In this document: positions 1 through 10,128 of the stretch, piece by piece
How the letters are laid out: each line of letters opens with the position of its first letter
Position numbering within the stretch: the first letter of the stretch is position 1
NCBI GenBank assembly: GCA_963665845.2
Contig: OY762492.1
Span: 352,001 to 416,000, forward strand
Reading direction: 5' to 3'
From: Candidatus Poribacteria bacterium
GTDB taxonomy: Bacteria; Poribacteria; WGA-4E; GCA-2687025
DNA: 64,000 bases
Notes under the pieces: model-generated
Told to the model about the DNA's origin: nothing
What the model saw: only the letters and a program-made list of their open reading frames with translations
Databases searched by the model: none
Program-made: the position numbers and the translations under genes

Positions 1-2
1 AC

Positions 3-2144
3 AGCCCCCACGCCGAAGAAAGGTACCACGCCTTAGAACGGTACGGGCGCGACTACACCGCCTTGGCTGAAGCCGGCAAATTGGACCCTGTCATCGGGCG
101 CGACGCGGAAATACGGCGCGTCATGCAGGCGCTCTCTAGACGCACGAAGAACAACCCGGCGCTCATCGGCGAACCGGGCGTCGGCAAGACGGCCATCGCG
201 GAAGGCTTAGCGCAGCGCATCGTCGCCGGCGACGTTCCCGAAAACTTAAAAAACAAAAAGCTGGTCGCGCTGGACATGGGCGCGCTCGTCGCCGGCGCCA
301 AGTTTCGCGGCGAATTTGAGGACCGCCTCAAAGCGCTGCTGAAAGAGATCAACAAGTCGGACGGGCAGATCATACTCTTTATCGATGAAATGCACACGAT
401 CGTCGGCGCCGGCGCGGCGGAAGGCGCCATGGACGCCTCCAACATGCTCAAACCGGCTCTGGCGCGCGGCGAACTGCGCTGCATCGGCGCGACGACGCTG
501 GACGAATACCGTAAACGCATCGAAAAAGACGCCGCTCTAGAGCGCCGCTTTCAGCCCGTCCTGGTGAACGAGCCGAATGTGGAAGAGACGGTCGCCATCC
601 TGCGCGGCTTGAAGGAACGGTATGAGGTGCATCACGGCGTTCGGATACAGGACTCGGCGCTTGTGGCGGCGGCGTCGCTTTCCCGCCGTTACATCTCCGA
701 CCGGTTCCTGCCCGACAAGGCGGTCGACCTGATGGACGAATCCGCCTCGCGTCTGCGCATGGAGATCGACAGCGTTCCGACGCCCATCGACGAGGTGGAC
801 AGGCGCATGATCCAGCTGGAGATCGAACGGCGCGCCCTTGAAAATGAAAAAGACGCCGCCTCCAGGGAACGGCTTGAACGGCTCAACAGCGAAACAGCGG
901 AACTGAAAGAGCGCGCCGCCGCGCTCAAATTGCGCTGGGAATCGGAAAAGCAGGCGATCCAAAACCAGCGCGAAACGATGGAGCGCATCGAACAGCTGAA
1001 AATCGACCTGGAGCAAGCGCAGAGAGAAGGCGACTTTGCCGAAGCGGGGCGCATCCAGTACGGCGACCTGCCTGAAGCGGAGCGGCAGCTGGAAAGCGCC
1101 ATGAAAGCGCAGGACGGAATCGAACCGATGCTCAAAGAGGAGGTGACGCCGGACGACATCGCCGAAGTGGTCGCCTCATGGACAGGCGTGCCGGTCTCGC
1201 GCCTCATGGAAGGCGAAACGAAAAAGCTGATACAGATGGAGAATATCCTGCGCAAAAGCGTCGTCGGACAGGACGAAGCGGTCGAAGCGCTCTCCAACGC
1301 GGTGCGAAGGGCGCGGGCGGGACTGCAAGACGCCGAACGCCCCATCGGTTCGTTCATCTTCTTGGGTCCAACCGGCGTCGGCAAAACGGAACTGGCAAAG
1401 ACGCTCGCCGACTTCCTGTTCGACTCCCCCAACGCCATGACCCGCATCGACATGAGCGAGTATATGGAGCGGCACTCCGTCGCGCGTCTGATTGGCGCGC
1501 CGCCCGGATATATCGGGCATGACGAGGGCGGACAGCTGACCGAAGCGGTGAGACGCAAGCCGTATTCGGTCGTCCTGTTTGACGAAATCGAAAAGGCGCA
1601 CCCGGAGACGCTGAACGCGCTGCTGCAGGTTCTGGACGACGGGCGCATGACCGACAGCCAAGGGCGCGTCGTCGACTTCCGAAACGCGGTCATCGTCATG
1701 ACCTCCAACATCGGCAGCCTGTGGATACAGGAGGCGGAGGATGCGGACGCGGCGCGCGAAAAGGCGGACGCGGAATTGAGATCGACCTTCAGACCTGAAT
1801 TCTTGAACCGCATTGACGAGATCATCTTCTTCAACCGCCTGACTCCGGAGGCGCTGGAGAAGATTGTCGACATTCAATTTGCGGAGCTGAAACAACGCGC
1901 GGCAGAGAAAAAGTTGACACTCTCGTTGACCGACGCGGCGCGCCGATGGATCGCTGAAAAAGGGTACGACCCCGCCTACGGCGCGCGTCCGCTCAAACGG
2001 CTCTTTCAACGCGAGATATTGAATCTGCTGGCGAAAAACATGTTAAAGGGCGAAGTGAAAGACGGCGCCGAAGTCGAAATCGACCTGAACGAAAGCGGGC
2101 AGATTGCCTTCAATGTGAACTATCCCGTTCAACAAGCCTCATGA
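3..2144 (+). CDS. clpB: ATP-dependent chaperone ClpB (5' end outside window)
   Basis: Two AAA+ modules (GEPGVGKT; [21 protein letters not shown]) and a long coiled-coil middle domain; frame is open from position 3. Confidence 0.97.
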   Translation, partial: SPHAEERYHALERYGRDYTALAEAGKLDPVIGRDAEIRRVMQALSRRTKNNPALIGEPGVGKTAIAEGLAQRIVAGDVPENLKNKKLVALDMGALVAGAKFRGEFEDRLKALLKEINKSDGQIILFIDEMHTIVGAGAAEGAMDASNMLKPALARGELRCIGATTLDEYRKRIEKDAALERRFQPVLVNEPNVEETVAILRGLKERYEVHHGVRIQDSALVAAASLSRRYISDRFLPDKAVDLMDESASRLRMEIDSVPTPIDEVDRRMIQLEIERRALENEKDAASRERLERLNSETAELKERAAALKLRWESEKQAIQNQRETMERIEQLKIDLEQAQREGDFAEAGRIQYGDLPEAERQLESAMKAQDGIEPMLKEEVTPDDIAEVVASWTGVPVSRLMEGETKKLIQMENILRKSVVGQDEAVEALSNAVRRARAGLQDAERPIGSFIFLGPTGVGKTELAKTLADFLFDSPNAMTRIDMSEYMERHSVARLIGAPPGYIGHDEGGQLTEAVRRKPYSVVLFDEIEKAHPETLNALLQVLDDGRMTDSQGRVVDFRNAVIVMTSNIGSLWIQEAEDADAAREKADAELRSTFRPEFLNRIDEIIFFNRLTPEALEKIVDIQFAELKQRAAEKKLTLSLTDAARRWIAEKGYDPAYGARPLKRLFQREILNLLAKNMLKGEVKDGAEVEIDLNESGQIAFNVNYPVQQAS

Positions 2145-2312
2145 CTAAAGTTGGAACAGCTGAACGAACAAACCCATTATGGATCCGAAAAAAGCGTTGT
2201 CAACCTGGTCGTCATTCCCGCCCCTGCGGTAAAACGTGCGGGAATCTAGAGGCGCCGCAGACGATGTCCGCATTCGCATCCAAGCATGTCCCAACTAAAG
2301 ACGTAAGGTCAG
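2132..2312 (-). mobile_element. MITE-like composite repeat (family A) with internal REP palindrome
   Basis: Reverse complement aligns by eye end to end with 50658-50825; subterminal inverted repeats AAAGTTGGAACA / TGTCCCAACTAAA; ends in AAGGTCAG. Confidence 0.7.
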
Positions 2313-2314
2313 TC

Positions 2315-5300
2315 ATGACGCTCCAAATGGAGCGGCCGTTCTTTTTTTGGGTTAAGGCGCTCCTGTTGATCCTTTGCCCGCTGTCCGCCGATGCGCAAAC
2401 GCTGCCTGCGCAGTGGCTCTCTGCGTCCCCCCTGTCGCTTCAAGGCGGACGCGCCGCGCATGCCGATATTGCCGCCGAGGGGGCGCATGCCGCGGTTGTG
2501 TGGAGCGGCGAAGCGTTCGGCGTCCAGACGCTGTTTTGGAGAGAAAGCCATGACCGAGGCGAGACATGGGAGCCGATAACGCTGCTGTTCCCGCCGGACG
2601 CTGAACGGAGCGAACCGAGCCTAGCGCACGACGGAACCGCGCTCTGGATCGCATGGACGCAGCGCGGCGCCGACGGCGAAACCGACATCTGGACGGCGCG
2701 CCAAACGCAGAACGGCTGGTCGACGCCGAAGCGCGCCTCCGCGGGCGGCTCTGCGGCGCGCCCGCGCCTTGCTGTCACGCGCTCAAGTCCGCGGCGCGTC
2801 GGGCTTGTGTATGAGGACAGGTCAAGCGCCTTCCCGCGCGCCATGCTTGTAGAATCGGACGACGGCGGCGCATGGTCGGCTCCGCGTCCGCTGGGAGACC
2901 CCGCCGCGCCGTCCGCTCAACCGGACATCGCCGTAACAAAAGGCGTCTTTCATCTGGTGTGGCAAGATTTTCAGACGCCTCAACCGCATCTGTATTACGC
3001 GGCGCGCGGCAGAGGATTCGCTTCCCCGATTCGCCGTCTGTCGCAAACGCCCGGCGTCCGTTCGCCGTTTATCGACGCCAGGGACGGCAAGCTGCTCGCC
3101 GTCTGGGAAAGGCGGTCGGACGCCGGCGGCTCCGACATCTACGCGGCTCTCGGCGATTCCAACACGCGCGAATGGACTCCCCCCTCCCCCTTGACAAACG
3201 CCGACTGGCAATCGGCGCGTCCAACAGGCGCCGTCTGGGGAGGAGGCGCTGTCGTCGTTTGGCAGGACGGCAGAAGCGGCAGGTTCGATCTTTACGCCGT
3301 CCAAATGCGGCAAGACGGATCTTGGGAAACCCCTTTCCCGCTTGTCGAATCGTCCGCTCCGTCGATGCATCCGAGAATGTCGGCGCCTGTCGATTTGCCA
3401 GGAGGACAGGCGCAGCTGGTATGGATCGAAAACGGCGCCGTTCTGCATTCCGCGCGCGACTCGATTTCGCCCGATCAACCCTCCCAGCCCGTCCATTTTG
3501 ATCTCTCCGCCAACGCGGGATGGGACGACGACGGAACGCTCCTGTTTCGATGGAAAGAAACGCCCGAAGCCCATGCCTATCAAGCCGACGTAACGATCAA
3601 CGGCGCCGAAACTCAAACCTTCATGCTGGACGCCCCAAACCTTACACTGACGCTGGCGGCGGGAACGGCGGCTTTAACCGTAACCGCCGTAGACGCTGTC
3701 GGAAACGCAAGCGAACCTTCCCTATCAAGCCTTCCTGTGCGCGTCGACTCGATCCCGCCGGCGCTGCGAATTCACCGCCCTGTCGACGGCGAACATCTTT
3801 TCACAGAATACGCCGCCCTGTTTTCATGCGTGGACGCGAATCTGATAGCATGCGTCGTTGAGATCGGCGACGGGGAGAACCCGTCCGAATGGACGCCGCT
3901 GGCAGGTCCGTTCATCGACTCGTTTGAGGAGCCGAAGTCGGCGCTGTTTCAAGTGAACAGGCGCGGCGGCGTCATAACGCTCCGCGTGCGCGCCGAAGAC
4001 GCCGCCGGCAACCTTTCCGAAGCGTTCGCGCGCGCCGTTGTGGATGTTGAGGAACCGCCGGCGGCGCAGATCGAAACCCACTCTCCGCTGTGGGAGGAGC
4101 CGACTTTAGACGCCGGCAGGCGGGATGTCGACTGGTCCGACGCGGCGCAGCGGCTCGCCTACATCTCGGATGAATCTGGAGCCGCCGATCTCTGGACGGC
4201 GCGGCTGGACGGCTCCGGCGCCTCTCCCGCGTCGGCGGACGCTTTTCTAGACGCCTCCCCGTCATGGCATCCGAACGGGAGATGGATCGCGTATGCGTCG
4301 CGGCGCGGCGGCGCGTGGCAGATCGCGGCGCGCGACTGGCGAACAGGCGAGGAACGCCCGCTCATCATGTCGGAATACGAGGACCGCGAACCGTCCTGGT
4401 CTCCCGACGGAAGCGCGCTGGCGTTTGTGAGCGCGCGAAACGGGCGCCATGAGATCTATCTGCTTGAAAACGCCGAGGAAACGCTGAACGGGGCGCCCCC
4501 GCTCATTCGGCGCGCCGCTCGAGGCGGCGTCCCCGGCAGACGCCCCAGTTGGCATCCGAACGGAACGAAGCTCATTTATGAAACGGTTCAAGGGGGCGCG
4601 CCGCATATCTGGACGCTAGACCTATACGAAGGCGCGCCCCGTCCGCTGATTCAGATTGCCGACTCCCGCGCCCCCGTTTACAGCCCTGACGGAAAGCGCG
4701 TCATGTTCACTCGATTGATCAACGGCTCCCCGTCGCTCTGGGTATGGAGCGCGTTGAGCGGCGACGTTCATCGACTCACCCCTGTAGGGCTAGAGGCGCA
4801 ATTCGGCGTCTGGACGGCGGGAGAGACAGCGGCGTTTGAAACGGTAGGCGGTTTGGCGTCCGCGCCGCTTATGGCGCCTACTCCTAAACTGGAAGCGCGC
4901 ATCGCGTCGCCGAGAAGCGGGTCAGTCGTCAGCGGACGGGTGGAGGTAACAGGCGCCGCGCGCGGCGAACGGTTCGATTCATACGATTTAACCTACGCGC
5001 CCGCCGACAACTCCGCCGCGCCGATCTCCATTACAGGCTCCGCCTCCTCGCCAGTGGAACGGGGCGGGTTCTTAGGTTTATGGAACGCGGAAGGTTTGTC
5101 GGGCGATTTCATTCTTCGGCTCATGGTGAACGGCGCGGAGGGTCAGCCCGCCGTATACGCCGAATCGCGCGTGTCGATTTTGGCGCCGTCCGCCGAGCTG
5201 GACATCCAGGAGCCGGGAAACGGCATGCAAACGTTGGAAAAGGAGATACGCCTGCGCGGGAGGGCGCGCGGTCTGCTGTCGGTCAACGGCGAACGCTTGC

Positions 5301-7312
5301 CGCTCAACGAAGAGGGTTACTTTGACGCGGTCTATCCGCTTCAACTGGGAGAGAACCTGCTGAAATTCGCCCTCCAGGACCAAGCGGGAAGAACGACCGC
5401 GGATGAGCGCGTCGTCCGGCGCGTCTCGCCGACGTTTGAAATACAGCTGGAGACGCCGTCCAACTTTGAGCTGCTTGAAACGCCGTATGCGCGCGTGTCG
5501 GGGCGGGCGGCGGAAGCGCAAACCGTTTGGATCAACGGAGAGACGGCGTCCCTCAGTGAAAACGGCGCCTTTGAACGGTGGACGTCGGCGCCGTTCGAGG
5601 GCGGATATATCGAGGCGCGCGCCGTTGACACTCTAGGCAGGGAGGCGTCTGTACGCCGATGGGTCGCCGTTCGCTCCGACGGCGGCGCGTCCTTGGTGGA
5701 TTCCATCCCGCCGGCGCTCGTGGATCCTAGCCCTCCGTTCAACGCCGTTTTGAGCGATTCGCGCCCTGTCTTCCAAGCGCGCATTTTAGACAACCGCCCG
5801 CTGGAAGGGTTGAGCCTGTCCCTGTTTTTAGACGGCGAGGAGATCGAAGAAGGCGGCTGGCAGCTGGACGCGCAAACGGGCGCCTTCCGCTTTGACCCGC
5901 CGACCGCCTTGCAAGACGGCGCGCATACGCTGCTGATAAAAGGCGCCGACGCCGCCGGCAACGCGCTCATCAACGGCGAATGGCGCGTGACGATCGACTC
6001 GGTTCCGTTGCTGGCGCGGGCGTCGCTTTTTCCCTCTTCTTCGGGCGAGTTCACGGCGGTTCTCTTAACCTCAAACCAGCCGCTGGAGCGCATCGAACGG
6101 GCGCAGCTGCGTCTCAACGGGCAAACCATCGGCGCGCCGTTCCAGTTAAACCGCATCGAAGAGGCGGCGCAATGGCAGGCGCTGTCGCCGTTTTTTGAGC
6201 GCGGCTCCGCCCAGTTTGCATACGCCGCGGTACTGAATGCGCGTCTGGCGGGCGGAGGCGCCGCGCACATCAAAGCGCGCGGGGAAGCGCGCGGACGGGG
6301 CGGAAACCAAGCGGCTGTCCTGTCGGGCGAATATGCGCGCGGGTCGTTGAGCCTTGACGAAACATTGAGCCTGCGTTTGATGAACGGCGTTCAGGCGGAT
6401 TTCTTACCCGCGCTAACAGGCGGAGAGGCGGTCATTCGCTCGGCGGACGGACTGGACGCCGATCTTGCCGTTTCGCAATGGCGCGGGGCGGCGGAGCGCG
6501 GCATGTCTCCAGACCCCCTCGGCGCCTTCACCTATTCCATTGAGACGACCGCGCCGGAAGCGCAGTTTCGGCTGTCGGCGCCGCCTGACTCGGACATGCC
6601 CCGCGCATGGATGCTCTGGGACCGCATACGCCGCCGATGGCGACCTATGCCGATGGTCATGACGGTTCAAGCGGGAGAGAGCGCCGAGGCGGCTCTTCTT
6701 GGAGATTCCCATCCGCCTTATTTGACGCGGGTTGATCTGCCCTCCGCCGCGGCGTCCCGTTTTTATTTGGAGGCGGAATTTGCGGACGACGGAGCCGGCA
6801 TCGACGCGCCGCGCATAACAGCGCAGCTGAACGATTTGCCGGCGCAGGCGGTCGTCCTGTCGGACGAAAATACGGCGCGCGTCCGCTTTATTCCGTCGGA
6901 TCTGCGGCGCGGCTTGCACACGCTCACCCTGAATGTGTACGACCGCGCCGGCAACCGCGCCTCCGAGTCGTTTGAGTTTTTTACGGAGGGCGGATTCGGG
7001 TTCGCCGCGTTTCAATTGGCCCCGAACCCGTCCGCCAACGGCGAAGGGCGCGTCCTGTTTCAACTGACGCAACGGGCAGACGTGACGATGGAGATCTACG
7101 CAATCGACGGGTCGCTCATCTATCGAGACAACCTGTCCGATGTAACAGGCGATTCGTTTGCGCAAAAAGATTGCCGCGAATGCTTTACTTGGGAATTCGT
7201 CAACAATGAGGGGCGGGCTGTCGCTCCAGGCGTGTATATCGTTCAGCTGACCGCGCGGAACGGGAGCGGACAAACAGCGCGCGTGACAGGCAAATGGGCG
7301 GCGCTTCGTTAA
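2315..7312 (+). CDS. Large secreted multidomain protein: BNR-like propeller, TolB/PD40 propeller, Ig-like repeats, C-terminal FlgD-Ig/T9SS-CTD-like domain
   Basis: Signal peptide after ATG 2315; SxDxGxTW, PSWHPNG/PSWSPDG, D.AGN motifs; C-terminus LAPNP...IYAIDGSL...VAPGVYIVQL. The ORF-track extension from 2141 runs through a repeat. Confidence 0.8.
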   Translation: MTLQMERPFFFWVKALLLILCPLSADAQTLPAQWLSASPLSLQGGRAAHADIAAEGAHAAVVWSGEAFGVQTLFWRESHDRGETWEPITLLFPPDAERSEPSLAHDGTALWIAWTQRGADGETDIWTARQTQNGWSTPKRASAGGSAARPRLAVTRSSPRRVGLVYEDRSSAFPRAMLVESDDGGAWSAPRPLGDPAAPSAQPDIAVTKGVFHLVWQDFQTPQPHLYYAARGRGFASPIRRLSQTPGVRSPFIDARDGKLLAVWERRSDAGGSDIYAALGDSNTREWTPPSPLTNADWQSARPTGAVWGGGAVVVWQDGRSGRFDLYAVQMRQDGSWETPFPLVESSAPSMHPRMSAPVDLPGGQAQLVWIENGAVLHSARDSISPDQPSQPVHFDLSANAGWDDDGTLLFRWKETPEAHAYQADVTINGAETQTFMLDAPNLTLTLAAGTAALTVTAVDAVGNASEPSLSSLPVRVDSIPPALRIHRPVDGEHLFTEYAALFSCVDANLIACVVEIGDGENPSEWTPLAGPFIDSFEEPKSALFQVNRRGGVITLRVRAEDAAGNLSEAFARAVVDVEEPPAAQIETHSPLWEEPTLDAGRRDVDWSDAAQRLAYISDESGAADLWTARLDGSGASPASADAFLDASPSWHPNGRWIAYASRRGGAWQIAARDWRTGEERPLIMSEYEDREPSWSPDGSALAFVSARNGRHEIYLLENAEETLNGAPPLIRRAARGGVPGRRPSWHPNGTKLIYETVQGGAPHIWTLDLYEGAPRPLIQIADSRAPVYSPDGKRVMFTRLINGSPSLWVWSALSGDVHRLTPVGLEAQFGVWTAGETAAFETVGGLASAPLMAPTPKLEARIASPRSGSVVSGRVEVTGAARGERFDSYDLTYAPADNSAAPISITGSASSPVERGGFLGLWNAEGLSGDFILRLMVNGAEGQPAVYAESRVSILAPSAELDIQEPGNGMQTLEKEIRLRGRARGLLSVNGERLPLNEEGYFDAVYPLQLGENLLKFALQDQAGRTTADERVVRRVSPTFEIQLETPSNFELLETPYARVSGRAAEAQTVWINGETASLSENGAFERWTSAPFEGGYIEARAVDTLGREASVRRWVAVRSDGGASLVDSIPPALVDPSPPFNAVLSDSRPVFQARILDNRPLEGLSLSLFLDGEEIEEGGWQLDAQTGAFRFDPPTALQDGAHTLLIKGADAAGNALINGEWRVTIDSVPLLARASLFPSSSGEFTAVLLTSNQPLERIERAQLRLNGQTIGAPFQLNRIEEAAQWQALSPFFERGSAQFAYAAVLNARLAGGGAAHIKARGEARGRGGNQAAVLSGEYARGSLSLDETLSLRLMNGVQADFLPALTGGEAVIRSADGLDADLAVSQWRGAAERGMSPDPLGAFTYSIETTAPEAQFRLSAPPDSDMPRAWMLWDRIRRRWRPMPMVMTVQAGESAEAALLGDSHPPYLTRVDLPSAAASRFYLEAEFADDGAGIDAPRITAQLNDLPAQAVVLSDENTARVRFIPSDLRRGLHTLTLNVYDRAGNRASESFEFFTEGGFGFAAFQLAPNPSANGEGRVLFQLTQRADVTMEIYAIDGSLIYRDNLSDVTGDSFAQKDCRECFTWEFVNNEGRAVAPGVYIVQLTARNGSGQTARVTGKWAALR

Positions 7313-7313
7313 C

Positions 7314-8756
7314 CTATCCGCTTTGAAATTGCGGTTTCTCTCCAGGGGCGGGCGAATTCGTGAAGGTTCCGCGTTTCAAGACCGCCTCTCTGCCGCCATG
7401 CTTTTCAATGAGCGCGCGCTGGTCGGCTTTCGCGCGGGCGTCCGTTTCCTCTGGGTTCAGTATCGACTGAAGACGCGCCTCGCATGCTCGCTCCGCCTCC
7501 TGATGCCGCGCCTCGCCCGCTAGGTTGATCGTCTCATGCGGGTCGTTTTCCAGATGAAACAGCAGCGGCGGATAGCCGACATGCCGAATATACTTATAAG
7601 CCCCCTCCCGAACCATGTAGCATCCGCACAGCGACGAAACCGCATGGTATTCGCTGATGGCATAGCCTTTAGACGCGCCGCCGTTGGCGACCGCCCACAA
7701 CGACTCGCCCGGCAGATCCGCTTCCGCCTCGTTTGGTTGAACGCCCAGCGCTTCTAGAAAGGTCGGATACATATCGATAAGTGAGACGATCTCATCGCTC
7801 GTTTCGCCTTCGGGGACGTCCGGACCCGCCATGATGAGCGGGACGCCCGCCGACTCCTCATACATCGTGAATTTCCCAAACAGCCCTCGGCTGCCGAGGC
7901 TTTCCCCGTGGTCGCTTGTGTAGATAACACGGGTTGTGTCGGTCAAGCCCGTCTCCTCCAGCGCGTTCAATACGCGCCCGATCTGCGCGTCCAGACAGGC
8001 GGTTGTGCCGTAATACGCCGCGGCGGCTCGGCGTATCTGCTCCTCGGTGAACGGCGCGTCATAACGAAACGCGGCGCGAAACTGATCTAACACCGGATGG
8101 CGCGGCCATTCAGCCTCCCGCCCTTGAACCGGCCCCGGCAGCTCCAGCTGCATAAAACGCTCAAACAGGTCGGGCGGAGCCGTGAACGGCGGATGCGGAC
8201 ATACAAAACCGATAAACAGCAGCCATGGCTTATTCGGAGGACGGGCGGACGCCTCTTGAAGCCAGCGGATCGTCTCATCGGCGATCTGTTCATCGTACTC
8301 AAGGTAGCTGCTCGTCCCCGGTCCCGCCTCCAAGACCGACTCGCGCGAGCCTTTGCGTATTGGCATGTCGTCCCGCACGGCGCCCATGAGATCGCCGATT
8401 CCGTCCACCACATTGAGCGGGATGATCTGTTCCCGAAAACCTTCCGCCGCGCCGACTCCTTTGTAATGCAGCTTGCCGATGGAATCGACCGCATGCCCCT
8501 CCTCCGCCAGCCGACGCCCCCATCCAGGCGCGGAGCCGTCGTACGGGAAGGCGTTGTCCCAGTTTCCGATCTGATGGACATACCGCCCCGTCGCCAGGCT
8601 CGCGCGGGCGGGGACGCAGATGGGGCAGTTGGTGTAAGCATTGCTGAATTGGACGCCCCGTTCGGCGAGCGCGGTCATATGGGGCGTTCCATCGGCGGTC
8701 ATGGCGTCCCGCCGGTGCTGGTCGGACAAGATGAAAAGCAGGTTGGTCGGTTTCAT
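7314..8756 (-). CDS. Sulfatase (choline-sulfatase-like)
   Basis: NLLFILSDQH, CVPARASLATG (CxPxR), GKLH, YTSDHG; start MKPTN with GAAAGAGG RBS. Confidence 0.92.
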   Translation of the reverse strand: MKPTNLLFILSDQHRRDAMTADGTPHMTALAERGVQFSNAYTNCPICVPARASLATGRYVHQIGNWDNAFPYDGSAPGWGRRLAEEGHAVDSIGKLHYKGVGAAEGFREQIIPLNVVDGIGDLMGAVRDDMPIRKGSRESVLEAGPGTSSYLEYDEQIADETIRWLQEASARPPNKPWLLFIGFVCPHPPFTAPPDLFERFMQLELPGPVQGREAEWPRHPVLDQFRAAFRYDAPFTEEQIRRAAAAYYGTTACLDAQIGRVLNALEETGLTDTTRVIYTSDHGESLGSRGLFGKFTMYEESAGVPLIMAGPDVPEGETSDEIVSLIDMYPTFLEALGVQPNEAEADLPGESLWAVANGGASKGYAISEYHAVSSLCGCYMVREGAYKYIRHVGYPPLLFHLENDPHETINLAGEARHQEAERACEARLQSILNPEETDARAKADQRALIEKHGGREAVLKRGTFTNSPAPGEKPQFQSG

Positions 8757-8775
8757 GCGCCTCTTTCGCGTTCGC
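8738..8775. repeat. 38-bp direct repeat, copy 1 (sulfatase RBS and first codons)
   Basis: GCAGGTTGGTCGGTTTCATGCGCCTCTTTCGCGTTCGC identical to 10088-10125. Confidence 0.95.
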
Positions 8776-8878
8776 GCCTGTTCGCCAAACGAGTCGGCGG
8801 GATACCCATGATGCTTTAAAACATCCGCGCGGCGCAACCTTAGCCGCAGTTGTTGAAGCGCAGGCGGAATCGACATGA

Positions 8879-8907
8879 TTGACGCATCGGCAAAAAAGAT
8901 GTAGACT
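8879..8907 (+). promoter_or_regulatory. Sigma70-type promoter for the 9001 gene
   Basis: TTGACG-17 nt-TAGACT. Confidence 0.65.
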
Positions 8908-9000
8908 CCGCTGTGAAGATACCCAGACCAGTGGTATGACGGCTGCAACAGCTCCACCTACAACCCATGAGGAACGCGCCTGCAGAAAGGAGATTCGACC

Positions 9001-10077
9001 ATGCAAGGAAGACAGCTCATTCCGCTTTCTCTTGCTTTCGCTGCGTTCTGCTTGTTCGCGCGGCCGCTTGCCGCCCAGGAGCCGAAACTGCCGAAGCCGT
9101 TGGTGGATGTGACGAAGATCGAACGGCCGACCGTCTGCTATACCGGCGGAAGCGAGGGAGGGCTTTGGCTGATCGATTGGGACGGAAAAAACAACAGGCT
9201 CTGGTTCGACAAAAGCTTGCGGTTTGTGAGTCCGGCGCACTTTAGTCCCAACGGCAAGCGGGCCGCTTTCGTCGCATACTCAAGACATTCAAGGGCGGGA
9301 TACTATATCTTCGTTCTGGATTTGAAAACAAAAAAAGCGGTGAATCTGACCGACCTGTTTGACGACCGCAAGCTCACGCTCACGGCGCCGCGCTGGTCGT
9401 CAGACGGGCAATGGCTCATCTGCCGCGGCGTCTCAAGCGACGGTCGGGCAGGGATCCCGTTAGACATCTACAAGGCGCATGCCGCGACGGGAAAAGTGAT
9501 CAACCTGACGAATTCGCCGGATGAAAGCGACGACTGGCCGTCGTTTTCGCCGGACGGCAAGAAGATCCTTTTCTCATCCCGGCACGGCGAAAATGAGAAC
9601 AGAACCTCTGACATCTACATCATGGACGCCAACGGAAGAAACAAGGTGAACCTGACCAACCATCCGGCATTTGACACCACCCCGGAGTGGTCGCCGGATG
9701 GCAAGAAGATCGCGTTCAAGTCCACTCCAAGAATTCGGTCGAATGGAGAGGGGGGGCATGACATCTACCTTATGAATCCGGACGGATCAGAAGTGGAAAG
9801 GCTCACGACCGACGAGCAGTCGAAGACCGTTCGAGGCTGGTCGCCGGACGGCAAGTGGATCTTGGCCGGCATTCGGCTTCCTGAGGTGCGGTATCGAATT
9901 CACCGCGTTCATGTGGAGACGAAGGAGATTGTTCGCATCACGCCGCTTGACGGGGTGAATTCCTCAAGCGCGTCCTGGGTTTTGGCGGGCAAAAGCCGCT
10001 TCCTCTCCGTCGATCCTGCGGGTAAAAAAAAAGCGCAGTGGGGAGCGGTGAAAGAAGCGGGCAGCGATGATGAATGA
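9001..10077 (+). CDS. Secreted TolB-like (PD40) beta-propeller with C-terminal SVDPAGKKKAQWGAVKE motif
   Basis: AAAGGAG RBS, signal peptide, repeated WSPDGK and NLTN motifs; paralog of 41469-42581. Confidence 0.88.
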   Translation: MQGRQLIPLSLAFAAFCLFARPLAAQEPKLPKPLVDVTKIERPTVCYTGGSEGGLWLIDWDGKNNRLWFDKSLRFVSPAHFSPNGKRAAFVAYSRHSRAGYYIFVLDLKTKKAVNLTDLFDDRKLTLTAPRWSSDGQWLICRGVSSDGRAGIPLDIYKAHAATGKVINLTNSPDESDDWPSFSPDGKKILFSSRHGENENRTSDIYIMDANGRNKVNLTNHPAFDTTPEWSPDGKKIAFKSTPRIRSNGEGGHDIYLMNPDGSEVERLTTDEQSKTVRGWSPDGKWILAGIRLPEVRYRIHRVHVETKEIVRITPLDGVNSSSASWVLAGKSRFLSVDPAGKKKAQWGAVKEAGSDDE

Positions 10078-10087
10078 CGGGCGGCGC

Positions 10088-10125
10088 GCAGGTTGGTCGG
10101 TTTCATGCGCCTCTTTCGCGTTCGC
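10088..10125. repeat. 38-bp direct repeat, copy 2
   Basis: Identical to 8738-8775; lies directly after the stop codon of the 10129-11778 gene. Confidence 0.95.
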
Positions 10126-10128
10126 CCG

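Noticed and set aside
689-1873. Long antisense ORFs over clpB (also over rpoC, the glmL-like gene and others)
   Set aside because: Shadow frames expected from high-GC codon bias opposite well-conserved genes
2141-2314. N-terminal extensions in the ORF track (also 8757-8957, 19020-19154, 42582-42752)
   Set aside because: They run through repeats, promoters or neighbouring genes; downstream starts have an RBS and/or signal peptide
8910-9000. Riboswitch in the leader of the 9001 gene
   Set aside because: Only weak stems and no aptamer consensus I recognise
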